Shown here piece after piece: positions 36,721-46,051 of a DNA stretch of 64,000 bases (positions within the stretch are counted from its first letter, which is position 1; each line of letters begins with the position of its first letter). The notes under the pieces are model-generated. The model was not told the DNA's origin. It did not search any database and saw only the letters and a list, made by a program, of their open reading frames with translations. The position numbers were made by a program, and so were the translations under genes. Origin of the DNA: an uncultured Ruminiclostridium sp. (GTDB lineage Bacteria > Bacillota > Clostridia > Oscillospirales > Ruminococcaceae); assembly GCA_964553625.1 (NCBI GenBank), contig CAZKKZ010000004.1, positions 149 to 64,148 of the forward strand. The letters run 5' to 3'.

Positions 36721-37512
36721 CTACCGCCTCCGAAGCTCCGCGACCGCCGCGTAATGCAGCACCTCGAAGCGCGGCGGCGCGTTTTTTTCGAGGAAATCGA
36801 GATGCTCCCGCTCCCAAGCCGCGATCTCCTCCGCCGAAAGCGAAGCGCCGATCCCGCGGCAGGCTTTCATGCGCCCGTTCCAGCTTTCCCGCGTAAACGG
36901 GACGAAAAGCTCGAACAGCTCCTGCCACGCAATATCGAAACAGGCGAGATATTCCTCAGGAATCCGCATCGGGCGCTCGGTCTCCCCCGCTCCGCTCCAC
37001 GACGGGTTATATTTTAAGACCAGCTTTTCGCTTTCTCCCGCGATCTTGTCCTCAAACGGCAGCCAGTTCATCAGCAGGAAGAACAGCCGCCCGTCCGGTT
37101 TCAGGAGCCTTGAAAAAACCGGCGCGGTTCGCGCGTGGTCGAAATACCAGTAACACTGACAGGCGGTGATCGCGTCAAAGGAACCGTCCGGGAACGGAAG
37201 CTCCTCCGCAGCCGAAACGAAATACCGGATCGTCATACCGCCCTCCTCGGAAAGCCGCTTCGCTTCCCGAATCTGATTTTCGGAAATATCCGTCCCGACC
37301 CATTCCGCTCCGCAGGCGTACAAATTCCGCGGAAGAACGCCCGTTCCGGTTCCAAGATCGAGCACACGCCGATCTTCTCCGAAAAATCCCGTCCGAAGCA
37401 GCCTGTCATAAAATTCCCGCGGATAAACGTCGCGGTATTTCGCGTAATCGGACGAGGTTCTTCCCCAATCGAAGGCTTTTCCGCCGTCGATCCCTTCCTT
37501 TGTGATTTCCAT
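36721..37512 (-). CDS. class I SAM-dependent methyltransferase
   Basis: 263 aa. SAM-binding motif VLDLGTGTGVL. Confidence 0.85.
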   Translation of the reverse strand: MEITKEGIDGGKAFDWGRTSSDYAKYRDVYPREFYDRLLRTGFFGEDRRVLDLGTGTGVLPRNLYACGAEWVGTDISENQIREAKRLSEEGGMTIRYFVSAAEELPFPDGSFDAITACQCYWYFDHARTAPVFSRLLKPDGRLFFLLMNWLPFEDKIAGESEKLVLKYNPSWSGAGETERPMRIPEEYLACFDIAWQELFELFVPFTRESWNGRMKACRGIGASLSAEEIAAWEREHLDFLEKNAPPRFEVLHYAAVAELRRR

Positions 37513-37529
37513 TTGATTTACCCCTCTCT

Positions 37530-38462
37530 TTACGGAACCAGCGGCTTCATCTCCCCGATTTTAAACGGCGTTTCCTGATAAACGCAGAAGTTAAGCCAGT
37601 TTGAGTACATCAGGCTTGCCGCCGCGCGCCATGTAAACTGCGGGGGCTTTTCGGGATCGTCGCCGGGAAAATAATGATACGGAAAAGGAACGTTCTCCAG
37701 CCCCTTCTCACAGTCCCGCAGATATTCTTTTTTCAACGTATCCAGATCGTATTCGCCGTGACCGGTAATAAAAAGCTGTCGGTTCGAGCGATCGGAAACG
37801 ATATAGACCCCCGCGAGATCCGATTCCGCCAGAAGCGTAAGCTTCGGATTCGCCAGAATATCCTCGCGCCGAACCTCCGAATGGCGCGAATGCGGGGCGT
37901 AAAAAATATCGTCGAAGCCCTTTAAAAGCGGATGATTGACCGCCGTGACCTTATGCGGAAAAACCCCGAACATTTTTTCGGGCAGACTGTATTTCGGGAT
38001 TCCGTAATGATAATAAAGCCCCGCGAACGCGCCCCAGCAGATGTGCATGGTCGAATACGCGTGCGATTTCGACCACTCCATGATCTTACAAAGCTCGTCC
38101 CAATAGCTGACCTGTTCAAAATCGTAAAGCTCGACCGGCGCGCCCGTAATGATCAGCGCGTCAAAATACTCGTCCCAGATCTCGTCAAACGTCTTATAAA
38201 ACATCGCGAGATGCTCGGGCGGGGTATGCTTGGGCGTGTGCGTCGCCGTGCGCAGGAGCGTAACGTCCACCTGAATCGGCGTATTACTGAGCAGGCGCAG
38301 AAGCTGGGTCTCCGTTTCGATTTTTGTCGGCATAAGGTTAAAAATCGCCGCGCGAAGCGGACGTATATCCTGACGGCTCGCCTTCTCGCTTGCCATCACG
38401 AAAATATTTTCCCCCGCGAGGGTTCCGTAAGCGGGTAAATCACTCGGTATATTGATCGGCAT
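37530..38462 (-). CDS. metA: homoserine O-acyltransferase (MetA family)
   Basis: [11 protein letters not shown]... and a MetA-like core (HICWGA). Start at 38462. The longer track start at 38522 would overlap the predicted promoter. Confidence 0.9.
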   Translation of the reverse strand: MPINIPSDLPAYGTLAGENIFVMASEKASRQDIRPLRAAIFNLMPTKIETETQLLRLLSNTPIQVDVTLLRTATHTPKHTPPEHLAMFYKTFDEIWDEYFDALIITGAPVELYDFEQVSYWDELCKIMEWSKSHAYSTMHICWGAFAGLYYHYGIPKYSLPEKMFGVFPHKVTAVNHPLLKGFDDIFYAPHSRHSEVRREDILANPKLTLLAESDLAGVYIVSDRSNRQLFITGHGEYDLDTLKKEYLRDCEKGLENVPFPYHYFPGDDPEKPPQFTWRAAASLMYSNWLNFCVYQETPFKIGEMKPLVP

Positions 38463-38493
38463 TTCTCTGTTCCTTTCTTTGTTCACTCCCCGT

Positions 38494-38522
38494 ATTATAC
38501 CATATTTCACCCCCGAAATCAA
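38494..38522 (-). promoter_or_regulatory. sigma-70 promoter with extended -10 (TTGATT-17-TGgTATAAT) for metA
   Basis: Minus strand reads TTGATTtcgggggtgaaatatggTATAAT. The leader is short, with no room for a riboswitch. Confidence 0.6.
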
Positions 38523-38586
38523 GCGTTTCGGAAGGTTCGGGGAATTGTGAAAACCGCATAAAATTTCATATTTTTTAAAATAATGC

Positions 38587-38615
38587 TTGTATATTTTTGC
38601 GAAACGTGCTATAAT
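38587..38615 (+). promoter_or_regulatory. sigma-70 promoter (TTGTAT-17-TATAAT) for hpf
   Basis: TTGTATatttttgcgaaacgtgcTATAAT. Confidence 0.6.
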
Positions 38616-38665
38616 GAAGGTATCAAAATCCGGCGCTTCGCCGGTAAGGAAAGGAAGGATCGCTT

Positions 38666-39193
38666 ATGACCACACAGATTACCGCAAAGAAAATGCAGAT
38701 CAGCCCCGCCTTTACGGAGTACGCGAATGAAAAGCTGTCCTCAAAGCTCGATAAATTTTTCGGTTCGGACGCGTCCGCGAAAATTACGCTAAGCTCCGCG
38801 AAAAACAAAATCACCGTCGAGCTTACCGTGATCTATAACGGACTCGTGTTCCGTTCGGAGCAGTCGGCGGAGGATAAAAACGACGCGCTCGATTCCTGCG
38901 TCGATAAAATTATCCGCCAGATCCGAAAAAACAAAACAAAGCTCGCCAAACAGCTCCGCGACAGCAGCTTCGGCGATCAGTATGAGCCCGTACCCGACGA
39001 GCAAGTCGATTATAACGTTATCCGGCATAAAACCTTCGAGCTTCGTCCGATGACCGTTGACGAAGCGATCCTGCAAATGAACCTTCTCGGACATTCCTTC
39101 TTTATGTTCAAGAACGCGGAAACGGGAGACGTAAACGTCGTCTATAAGCGTGCGGACGAGGCTTACGCGGTGCTCGAGCCGAGCAAAAACTGA
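38666..39193 (+). CDS. hpf: ribosome hibernation-promoting factor (long HPF)
   Basis: 175 aa. N-terminal S30AE/YfiA-like domain plus the C-terminal dimerisation domain (MTVDEAILQMNLLGHSFFMFKN). Confidence 0.92.
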   Translation: MTTQITAKKMQISPAFTEYANEKLSSKLDKFFGSDASAKITLSSAKNKITVELTVIYNGLVFRSEQSAEDKNDALDSCVDKIIRQIRKNKTKLAKQLRDSSFGDQYEPVPDEQVDYNVIRHKTFELRPMTVDEAILQMNLLGHSFFMFKNAETGDVNVVYKRADEAYAVLEPSKN

Positions 39194-39203
39194 TTTTTCG
39201 TTC

Positions 39204-39258
39204 ATACGCCGCCTTTCCGAGAGCTTTGCGGCTTCGGAAAGGCGGCGTATATTTTTTT
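39204..39258 (+). terminator. rho-independent terminator after hpf
   Basis: ATACGCCGCCTTTCCGA...TCGGAAAGGCGGCGTAT followed by ATTTTTTTG. Confidence 0.88.
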
Positions 39259-39366
39259 GCAAAAGCGGCACACTAATTTCAAAACCGGAACCTGTCCGCA
39301 TAGGATAGGTTCCAAGATCACGGGCTTCGCCGTTTTCACAAAGCCCGTCATCGGAAAGGAATCGAA

Positions 39367-39603
39367 ATGCCCAAAAAAGAAAAAAAGAATTCCGCCGGTC
39401 TCAACGAAAAAGAGCTCATCGAGAATTATATGCCCGCCTCGTCCTCCGGCGACTGCACCGGTCTGATCCCCGCGGGCGGAAACCCCTCGGCGGAGGAATT
39501 TAAAAATTATAAGGAAATTTATCCCTTTGCCGTTCCGAAAATGCCCGACGGGAACAGCGAACAAAAGGATCTGGAGGAAGCGGAGCGGCTGAACCGAATT
39601 TAA
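39367..39603 (+). CDS. hypothetical small protein (78 aa)
   Basis: ORF with a GGAAAGGAA RBS. No recognisable domain. Its 3' end overlaps the convergent lysR-type gene by 4 nt. Confidence 0.4.
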   Translation: MPKKEKKNSAGLNEKELIENYMPASSSGDCTGLIPAGGNPSAEEFKNYKEIYPFAVPKMPDGNSEQKDLEEAERLNRI

Positions 39604-40529
39604 CCGTCAATAATTCTTCGCTTCGCGGCGCAAAGCGCGTCCACAAACAGGTAATCCTGCTCGGTCAGCACATATCCCTTCCGGTAGATCAGAACGTCCT
39701 TATAGCGGTTCGGGCGGTCGGGACAATTCAGCCGCACCAGCCCGTACCGATCCAGAAGCTCCTGCTGAACCGGCGAAACCCACATAAAGGTACGGTTATT
39801 CGACGCCAGCAGCTCAAACTGGCTCGCCCGTTCGTACACGAAAATCCGCTTATTGACCGATTCGGTCAACTCCCGCTTCATGACGTCCAGATACGAAAGC
39901 GACGGCACATAGGGATCGGCGTGAATGATCTCGACATAGTCACGGAGATCCTCGGTATGAACCTCCGGAAGCTCCGCAAGCGGGTTTTCCCTCCCGGCGA
40001 TCAGGCGGAACGAAAACTCGGCGATGAGCCGCCCCTCCAGCCCCTTTTCCTCCAGCATATCGGAGTAGTATTTTTCATATGACTGCTGATACCGTATGAT
40101 CCCGAGCTTATAGCCGTTCTGAAGAATATTCGAGATCGTGCGGAGCGAATTCGTTTCCTTATAATAAATTTCCATCGGCTTTTCGGAAAGGATTCGGCGG
40201 GAAAAATCGGAAAACGCGGCGGAAATATAGCTCGCGCGCGGCACCGATACGGAAAACTTCCGAATCCCGCTTTTCTTCCCCCGATAGACCTCCTCGACCT
40301 GATCGACCTGTTCTAAAATACGGTGCGCGTACATCAGGAATTCCTCCCCGTCCGCCGTAACGGTCATACCGCGCGAGGTACGGTTGAAGATCGTGATCCC
40401 GAGCGATTCTTCCAGTTCCTTGATCGCCCGGCTCAGGTTCGGCTGACCCATAAACAGATTCTCGGCAGCGCGGTTGATGGACTTGCATTTTTCGACCTCG
40501 ACCGCATATTTCAGGTGCATAATGTTCAT
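39600..40529 (-). CDS. LysR family transcriptional regulator
   Basis: 309 aa. N-terminal HTH (MHLKYAVEVEKCKSINRAAENLFMGQPNLSRAIKELE) plus a substrate-binding domain. Confidence 0.9.
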   Translation of the reverse strand: MNIMHLKYAVEVEKCKSINRAAENLFMGQPNLSRAIKELEESLGITIFNRTSRGMTVTADGEEFLMYAHRILEQVDQVEEVYRGKKSGIRKFSVSVPRASYISAAFSDFSRRILSEKPMEIYYKETNSLRTISNILQNGYKLGIIRYQQSYEKYYSDMLEEKGLEGRLIAEFSFRLIAGRENPLAELPEVHTEDLRDYVEIIHADPYVPSLSYLDVMKRELTESVNKRIFVYERASQFELLASNNRTFMWVSPVQQELLDRYGLVRLNCPDRPNRYKDVLIYRKGYVLTEQDYLFVDALCAAKRRIIDG

Positions 40530-40562
40530 CGTTTCGTCCCCCTCCGGATATTTCCGCTTCTA

Positions 40563-40591
40563 ATCATAACATAATTTTTCTTTTCGGTCAA
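40563..40591 (-). promoter_or_regulatory. sigma-70 promoter (TTGACC-17-TATGAT) for the LysR gene
   Basis: Minus strand reads TTGACCgaaaagaaaaattatgtTATGAT. Confidence 0.55.
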
Positions 40592-40676
40592 TTCTCTTTT
40601 TTACTTTTTTTTGCAGGCGCGGCGCTTCGCCGCCGTTTCCAAGCCCCCGCGAAAGCGTTCTTCCCGGCGGGTATCC

Positions 40677-40855
40677 TTTAGGCAACACCGCACAATGAAC
40701 GGCTGCGCCTTTGCCGCCCGATTGACTGCCATATTTTCCGTAATATCGCACAGATTTTTCTTAAAATCCGTCAGGATTCCTGCAAAAATTCTGTACAATC
40801 TTACAAAAAATCTGACAGCCACTCGAACGACAATCATTGTGCGGTGCAGCCTTTA
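40677..40855 (-). mobile_element. MITE-like fold-back element, copy 2 (171 bp between TTTA/TTTA flanks; inverted relative to copies 1 and 3)
   Basis: TTTA-GGCAACACCGCACAATGAACGG...CGACAATCATTGTGCGGTGCAGCC-TTTA. The reverse complement aligns along its whole length with copy 3. Confidence 0.75.
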
Positions 40856-40878
40856 TTTTTCCGAAAGGACTGATCTTC

Positions 40879-41652
40879 ATGCCCGGCGCTTACGCTCATT
40901 TAAAATTCGGGGAGGAGGTTTTATCGCTTCTTCCCGCCGCGCTTTCCGAACGGATCCGCTCCGAGGACGCTTTATTCCGTCTCGGTCTGATCGGACCCGA
41001 TTTTCTATTTTTTTACTGTCCCGCCCTCCCGAACATCGTGACCGCGCTCGGACGGAAAATTCATTCCGACGCGGGGCTTCGCTTCTTTTCGTTCGGCGCG
41101 TCCGTCCTTCGGCGAAAGGGCTTTCCGCCCGACGCGTTCGCGTATTTATGCGGCGTTCTCTGTCATTTTGTGCTGGACAGCGGCTGTCACGGATTTATCT
41201 CGTCGGTGACCGGGCGGTTCAACGTCGGACACATCGAACTTGAAAACGCGTTCGACCGCTCGCTCATGCTTCGCGACGGAAAGAATCCGGATCAATGTCC
41301 GCTCGGGGCGTTCCGGATCACCCGCGCGCAGTCGGAGGTCATGTCGGCGTTTTATCGGGGACTTTCCCCCAAAAAGCTGCGCCGCGCCGTAAGCTCCTCG
41401 GCGTTCTACGGAACCATGCTTTCGGGCGTGCGCGGCTTCGTCGGAAAAACGCTCTGCGGAAAGCTTCTTCCCGACGAGCGGAAACGGCGCGTCCGTGTGC
41501 TCGAAAAAGGAGAAGCGGGGCTGTCGAAACGGTTCCGGCTTCTGCTCGGAACGGCGGCGCGGCTCATTTCCGAGCTGGAACAAAACGCGCGAAAAAAAGC
41601 CCCGTGGGACGAAGCGTATTCTTACAGCTTCGCGGGGAAAAAGGTGCTGTAA
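40879..41652 (+). CDS. zinc-dependent phospholipase C family protein
   Basis: Starts MPGAYAHLKFGEEV, followed by His-rich motifs (HSDAG, HFVLDSGCH). Resembles the Zn-phospholipase-C-like family common in Clostridia. The track ORF begins earlier, at 40837. Confidence 0.7.
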   Translation: MPGAYAHLKFGEEVLSLLPAALSERIRSEDALFRLGLIGPDFLFFYCPALPNIVTALGRKIHSDAGLRFFSFGASVLRRKGFPPDAFAYLCGVLCHFVLDSGCHGFISSVTGRFNVGHIELENAFDRSLMLRDGKNPDQCPLGAFRITRAQSEVMSAFYRGLSPKKLRRAVSSSAFYGTMLSGVRGFVGKTLCGKLLPDERKRRVRVLEKGEAGLSKRFRLLLGTAARLISELEQNARKKAPWDEAYSYSFAGKKVL

Positions 41653-41719
41653 AGATGAAAAACGGAAGCCCTTTGACAAGCTTCCAATTTTGGTAACTGA
41701 TTCCATCAGCGAAGAATGA

Positions 41720-42472
41720 TCATTTACTCGCCACAATCGTAAACTCTCCCGGTATTTTTTCATTTGTCCATGCCGGGTGTTCATCAAACCTTTCGAGCGT
41801 AAAACCGCTGTTAATGACCGAATTGACAATCTCACTGATCGTGTATTTTCGATAGCTGCACCGAGGCATTTTCTCCCGAATACTTTTTTCAAAAAAACGG
41901 GCGTGCGCCATTTCGCCTTCAAGGATTTCCGTTGAAAAATAACTCATAGCCGGTTGTTCAAGATTCAATATATCAACTATTTTTGTAAGCGGATGAAAAT
42001 CACTGCATATCATTTTTCCGCCGCCCTTCAACAAGGCGTACATCATGCGCATGAACTCATCAATGTCATGAAAATAATGCAGTACGCCGCCTTCCATAAA
42101 CACTGTGTCAAAATAATTTCCGTATTTCTCCGTATTGATTTCCAATATATCGCATACCTCAAAATTCAGCTCAACCTTTGCGGCAGCCGCAACTTCAAGC
42201 GCATATCTTTTATTATCCTCCGAAATATCAAAGACGGTAACCTCTGCCCCCAAAACAGCCAACGGAACAGCCTTCTTTCCGCAGGAACCGCATACGTTTG
42301 CGATCTTAATCCCGTTATAGGTATCGAAGTAATCAGAATATCTTTTCAGCATTTCTATCGGATTTTCGACGTCTTTTTTTGCCCGATCAGCAGGCGCGCC
42401 CGAATGCTTCACCCAAAACTCGTATGCGTTATATTCCCACGCTTTTTTATTTTGAATGCTGTAATCCACCAT
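41720..42472 (-). CDS. class I SAM-dependent methyltransferase (AT-rich gene)
   Basis: 250 aa. SAM-binding region IANVCGSCGKKAVPLAVLGAEVTVFDIS. Composition is clearly more AT-rich than the neighbours. Confidence 0.85.
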   Translation of the reverse strand: MVDYSIQNKKAWEYNAYEFWVKHSGAPADRAKKDVENPIEMLKRYSDYFDTYNGIKIANVCGSCGKKAVPLAVLGAEVTVFDISEDNKRYALEVAAAAKVELNFEVCDILEINTEKYGNYFDTVFMEGGVLHYFHDIDEFMRMMYALLKGGGKMICSDFHPLTKIVDILNLEQPAMSYFSTEILEGEMAHARFFEKSIREKMPRCSYRKYTISEIVNSVINSGFTLERFDEHPAWTNEKIPGEFTIVASK

Positions 42473-42501
42473 TTCTGATTCCTCCTGTTATATACCGCCA
42501 T

Positions 42502-42529
42502 CTATTGCAAAACGATCGTTTTGCAATAG
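42502..42529. promoter_or_regulatory. 28-bp perfect palindrome (candidate operator or 5'-UTR hairpin)
   Basis: CTATTGCAAAACGA|TCGTTTTGCAATAG, 30 nt upstream of the methyltransferase start codon. Confidence 0.6.
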
Positions 42530-42651
42530 CGCCGAGTATAATAGAAATTCCGATTTTCCGAACGAGAAAAATTATATCACAAAAGCTTCCCGAAGTCAAT
42601 TCCGATCCCTTAAAGAAAACACAATCCCGAAAATATCGTGATATTCAGACG

Positions 42652-42680
42652 TTGACAAACCACCCAATTCATGGTATAAT
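42652..42680 (+). promoter_or_regulatory. near-consensus sigma-70 promoter with extended -10 (TTGACA-17-TGgTATAAT)
   Basis: TTGACAaaccacccaattcatggTATAAT. It fires into MITE copy 3 and on towards the MCP gene. Confidence 0.7.
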
Positions 42681-42689
42681 AAAAACGTT

Positions 42690-42888
42690 TTAAGGCTGCA
42701 CCGCATAATGATTGTCGTTCTGGCAGCTGTCAGATTTTTGCCGGATTGCACAAATTTTTTTTGCAGGAATCCTGCCGGATTTCAAGAAAAAATTGTACAA
42801 TATGACGAAAAAAAGGGCGGCTGATAGGACGGCAGAAGGCGCCGACTTCGCAAGCGAAGCCGGCGGTCATTGTGCGATGTTGCCTTAA
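42690..42888 (+). mobile_element. MITE-like fold-back element, copy 3 (191 bp between TTAA/TTAA flanks)
   Basis: TTAA-GGCTGCACCGCATAATGATTGTCG...CGGTCATTGTGCGATGTTGCC-TTAA. Internal sub-palindromes are present (ATTGCACAAATTTTTT / AAAAAATTGTACAAT; GCAGG-aat-CCTGC). Confidence 0.75.
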
Positions 42889-43003
42889 ATGCTCAAAATA
42901 AGAGGCGGAGCCTCGGAGCGATCCGGAAGAAAAACAAAGGAAAAGCGAATATTCCATACAGCGAAAACGAACGGAAAAAGGATCAAAAAAGGAGGACTTT
43001 ATT

Positions 43004-44983
43004 ATGAAAAAGAAAAGCCTTATGCGCAGTATCCTGATGTCGTCCATAGGAACGCTGGCGGTCGCGCTCATCATCGTGTGCCTCATATTTTCCGTAAACG
43101 TAAATATCCAGTATACCCACTCGATCAAATCCGACCTGTATCACACCGTGGCGACCGAATCCGCAAAAATGGACGCGTGGTTCACGCAGCACACCACCAT
43201 TGCCGAGGGCTTCGCACAAGCCGCGGTACACGATGACCTGCACGGAGACGCCTTGCAGCAATATATGCTGAACGTTGTCCACCCCTGCTCGTCAAGCATA
43301 ATGAACGGCTATCTCGCGTGGGAGACCGATACCGTGGGAATGGTGTGCAGCGTTTATCCCGTTGCGGAAAATTACGTCGCTCAGGAGCGCGGCTGGTATC
43401 AGACCGCAAAATCCACAAAGGCGATCGTGATCACAGACCCCTACATAGACGCAATTACGGGAAAAATCGTCATTACTGTCGCAAGCCCCCTGCTGTCCGA
43501 GACCGGCGACGTTTTGGGCGTTTGCGGACTGGATATCGAGGTCACGGAGCTGGTCGCGCTCGCCCGGGAGCTTAAAGCGGATACCAACGGCTACGCCGTT
43601 CTTGTGGACGCCGGAGGAAACATCGTCGTCCACGCGCAGAATTCCGACTATAATCACAAGCTGGAAAACGAGAACGAAATCGTTACAAAGCTCGTTGACG
43701 TTGCGCCCATATACAGCGAGGTTCTCGACGCGGCAGGCAGCACCAACGTTGTTTCGGGCAGCGGCTACGACGGTACGATGCGGTACTTCCCCGTCGTCCC
43801 CATCGGAGATACCGGCTGGAAGGTTCTTTACGCCGCGGACTACAACGAGGCGATGTCGCGCCTCAACAATATCATTGCGCTGGCTGTCCTTGTTTCCCTC
43901 GCGGCAATTCTGGGCGGGATCCTGTTCTTTTGGCGCAAATTTACCAAGAGACTGCGCCCCCTGTCCGATATAGAGCATATTGTTACCAATATGTCGAACG
44001 GCGTTCTGGAGCACGACTACCCCAATGCCGAAAACGATGAGATCGGTACCATATGCGACGCCTTGAAATCAACCAACAGCTCGCTGAAATCTTACATAAA
44101 CGAGATCGAGAGAATCCTCTCCGATATGGCGAAGGGGAACTTTGTATACGAAAGCTCCCTCCGGTTTGCGGGAGAATTTATTGCGATGGAGCAGTCCATA
44201 CAGGGTATATGCGAGGCAATGCACGCCACCTTCGAGCAGCTCGGCTCCGTTTCGGAGCAGATCGCGGGCGGTTCTCACAGCGTGTCCGCGGGAGCGACGG
44301 AGCTTGCCAACGCGGTTGACGACGAAACAAGGCTGATCGGCGAGGTGCACGCAAATCTCGAGGACATCAACAAGCAGGTATCCCAATCCTCCGAAAACGC
44401 CTTTAACGTTAAGGCAAAGGCGATAAAAGCCACCGATACCGTCAACGGCGGCAACGCGAAAATGCAGGAGCTTCTTGAAATTATGACGAGCATTTCTCAT
44501 TACGCCGAAGAAATCGTCAAAATGAATTCCACCATTGAGGACATCGCGTTCCAGACCAACATACTCGCGCTGAACGCCTCCGTTGAGGCATCGCGGGCAG
44601 GAGTCGCGGGCAAGGGCTTTGCGGTCGTTGCGGAGGAGGTTCGCAACCTTGCCGCAAAATCGGGAGAGGCTTCAAACTCTACCGCGGAGCTGATCGAACA
44701 TACCGTAAGGACGATCAAAAACGGAACCGACGCGGCAAACGCCACAGCGGAAATGCTGAGCGAGGTGGTTGCGGAAACAAGATCAATCAGCGAATCCGTT
44801 TCGGAAATAGCGGACGTTTCCGAGGAACAGAAGACCATGCTTGCCGAAATCGTCGCAAAGCTCGGCAAGGTCGAGACCGTCATCGGAACCGCCTCCTCCA
44901 CAGCGCAGAACGCCGCCGCAACAAGCGAGGAGCTGGACAGTCAGGTAGACGTTCTGAAAAGCAATCTGGAACGCTATCAATGA
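43004..44983 (+). CDS. methyl-accepting chemotaxis protein (Cache-type sensor, HAMP, MCP signalling domain)
   Basis: 659 aa. Two TM segments flank an extracytoplasmic domain. Highly conserved MCP hairpin [37 protein letters not shown]. Confidence 0.93.
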   Translation: MKKKSLMRSILMSSIGTLAVALIIVCLIFSVNVNIQYTHSIKSDLYHTVATESAKMDAWFTQHTTIAEGFAQAAVHDDLHGDALQQYMLNVVHPCSSSIMNGYLAWETDTVGMVCSVYPVAENYVAQERGWYQTAKSTKAIVITDPYIDAITGKIVITVASPLLSETGDVLGVCGLDIEVTELVALARELKADTNGYAVLVDAGGNIVVHAQNSDYNHKLENENEIVTKLVDVAPIYSEVLDAAGSTNVVSGSGYDGTMRYFPVVPIGDTGWKVLYAADYNEAMSRLNNIIALAVLVSLAAILGGILFFWRKFTKRLRPLSDIEHIVTNMSNGVLEHDYPNAENDEIGTICDALKSTNSSLKSYINEIERILSDMAKGNFVYESSLRFAGEFIAMEQSIQGICEAMHATFEQLGSVSEQIAGGSHSVSAGATELANAVDDETRLIGEVHANLEDINKQVSQSSENAFNVKAKAIKATDTVNGGNAKMQELLEIMTSISHYAEEIVKMNSTIEDIAFQTNILALNASVEASRAGVAGKGFAVVAEEVRNLAAKSGEASNSTAELIEHTVRTIKNGTDAANATAEMLSEVVAETRSISESVSEIADVSEEQKTMLAEIVAKLGKVETVIGTASSTAQNAAATSEELDSQVDVLKSNLERYQ

Positions 44984-44999
44984 TCCGAGTCACGCATAT

Positions 45000-45905
45000 T
45001 TAAGGCAGCTGCCTGAACAGCTCAAGGATCTCCTCCTTTTTCGCCAGACCGTCGGAAAAAGCCGTCGCGCCGCCCGCCGCCGTTCCAAGCTTCAGCGCGG
45101 TTTCGTAATCGCCGCTTTGCGACCCCGCAATAAATCCCGCGACCATGGAATCGCCCGCGCCGACGGAATTTTTCACGGTTCCCCGGCACACACCGCAGCG
45201 GTGAAGCTTCCCGTTTTCATCCAGTAAGACCGCTCCGTCTCCCGCCATTGAAACAAGCACGTTTACCGCCCCCATTTTTTTCAGCTTCTCCGCGTATCGG
45301 ACGATCTCGTCAACGGTTTGAATCGTAACGCCGAACATTTCGCCAAGCTCGTGATGGTTGGGCTTTACCAGAAACGGCTTATATTTCAGGGCGTTCAGCA
45401 AAAGCTCCTTCGTCGCGTCCACGACCGTTTTGATCCTTTTCCCGGACAGCCGGGTAAGAATTTTTTCGTAAACGTCGCTCGGCAGACTGTTCGGGATACT
45501 CCCCGCAAGCACCAGCATATCTCCGTCCCGCAGCGAATCCAGCTTTTCAAGCAAACGCGCCAGCGCCGATTCGGATATATCCGGACCTCCGCCGTTAATA
45601 TCCGTTTCTTCGTCCGACTTGATCTTCACGTTAATGCGCGAGCACCCGTCGGAAAGCTCCACAAAATCGGTTTCAATGCCCTTGAAGCGCACGCCCTCTT
45701 CGATCGCTTTTCCCGTGAATCCCGCTATAAACCCGAGCGCCCTCGACTTCACGCCAAGCTCCCCCAAAACAAGGGAAACATTGATCCCTTTTCCTCCGAA
45801 GAATATTTTTTCGGAAACGGAACGGTTTACGCTTCCCGTTTTCAATTCTTCTACCCGGATCACATAATCGACAGCGGGATTAAAAGTAACCGTATAAACC
45901 ATCAC
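45000..45905 (-). CDS. pfkB: 1-phosphofructokinase family hexose-phosphate kinase (PfkB family)
   Basis: 301 aa. MVYTVTFNPAVDY start and a C-terminal GAGDSMVAG motif. Confidence 0.88.
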   Translation of the reverse strand: MMVYTVTFNPAVDYVIRVEELKTGSVNRSVSEKIFFGGKGINVSLVLGELGVKSRALGFIAGFTGKAIEEGVRFKGIETDFVELSDGCSRINVKIKSDEETDINGGGPDISESALARLLEKLDSLRDGDMLVLAGSIPNSLPSDVYEKILTRLSGKRIKTVVDATKELLLNALKYKPFLVKPNHHELGEMFGVTIQTVDEIVRYAEKLKKMGAVNVLVSMAGDGAVLLDENGKLHRCGVCRGTVKNSVGAGDSMVAGFIAGSQSGDYETALKLGTAAGGATAFSDGLAKKEEILELFRQLP

Positions 45906-45969
45906 GGTACCTCCTTATACTGTTTTCCGATCGGTTACGTCTATATTAGCAGATCGCCCCGAAAGCGTC

Positions 45970-46010
45970 AAGCCTTGCGCTGTATCAAAAATACGGCGCA
46001 AGGCTTTTTT
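45970..46010. terminator. hairpin between the HD-GYP gene end and the pfkB start
   Basis: AAGCCTTGCGC...GCGCAAGGCTT followed by TTTTT on the plus strand. The orientation relative to the minus-strand genes is not ideal. Confidence 0.4.
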
Positions 46011-46051
46011 CCGCGCGGAGAAAATCGCCCAGCGCCGCCGCCAGCTCCTTG

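Noticed and set aside
38463-38665. Expected a SAM riboswitch or T-box upstream of metA.
   Set aside because: A near-consensus promoter sits only ~30 nt upstream of the start codon, which leaves no room for an aptamer.
42745-42775. TTGCAC...TTGCA inside the MITE as a possible sigma-54 promoter (-24/-12).
   Set aside because: The spacing between the two elements is about 9 nt instead of the required ~5 nt, and the -24 GG is missing.
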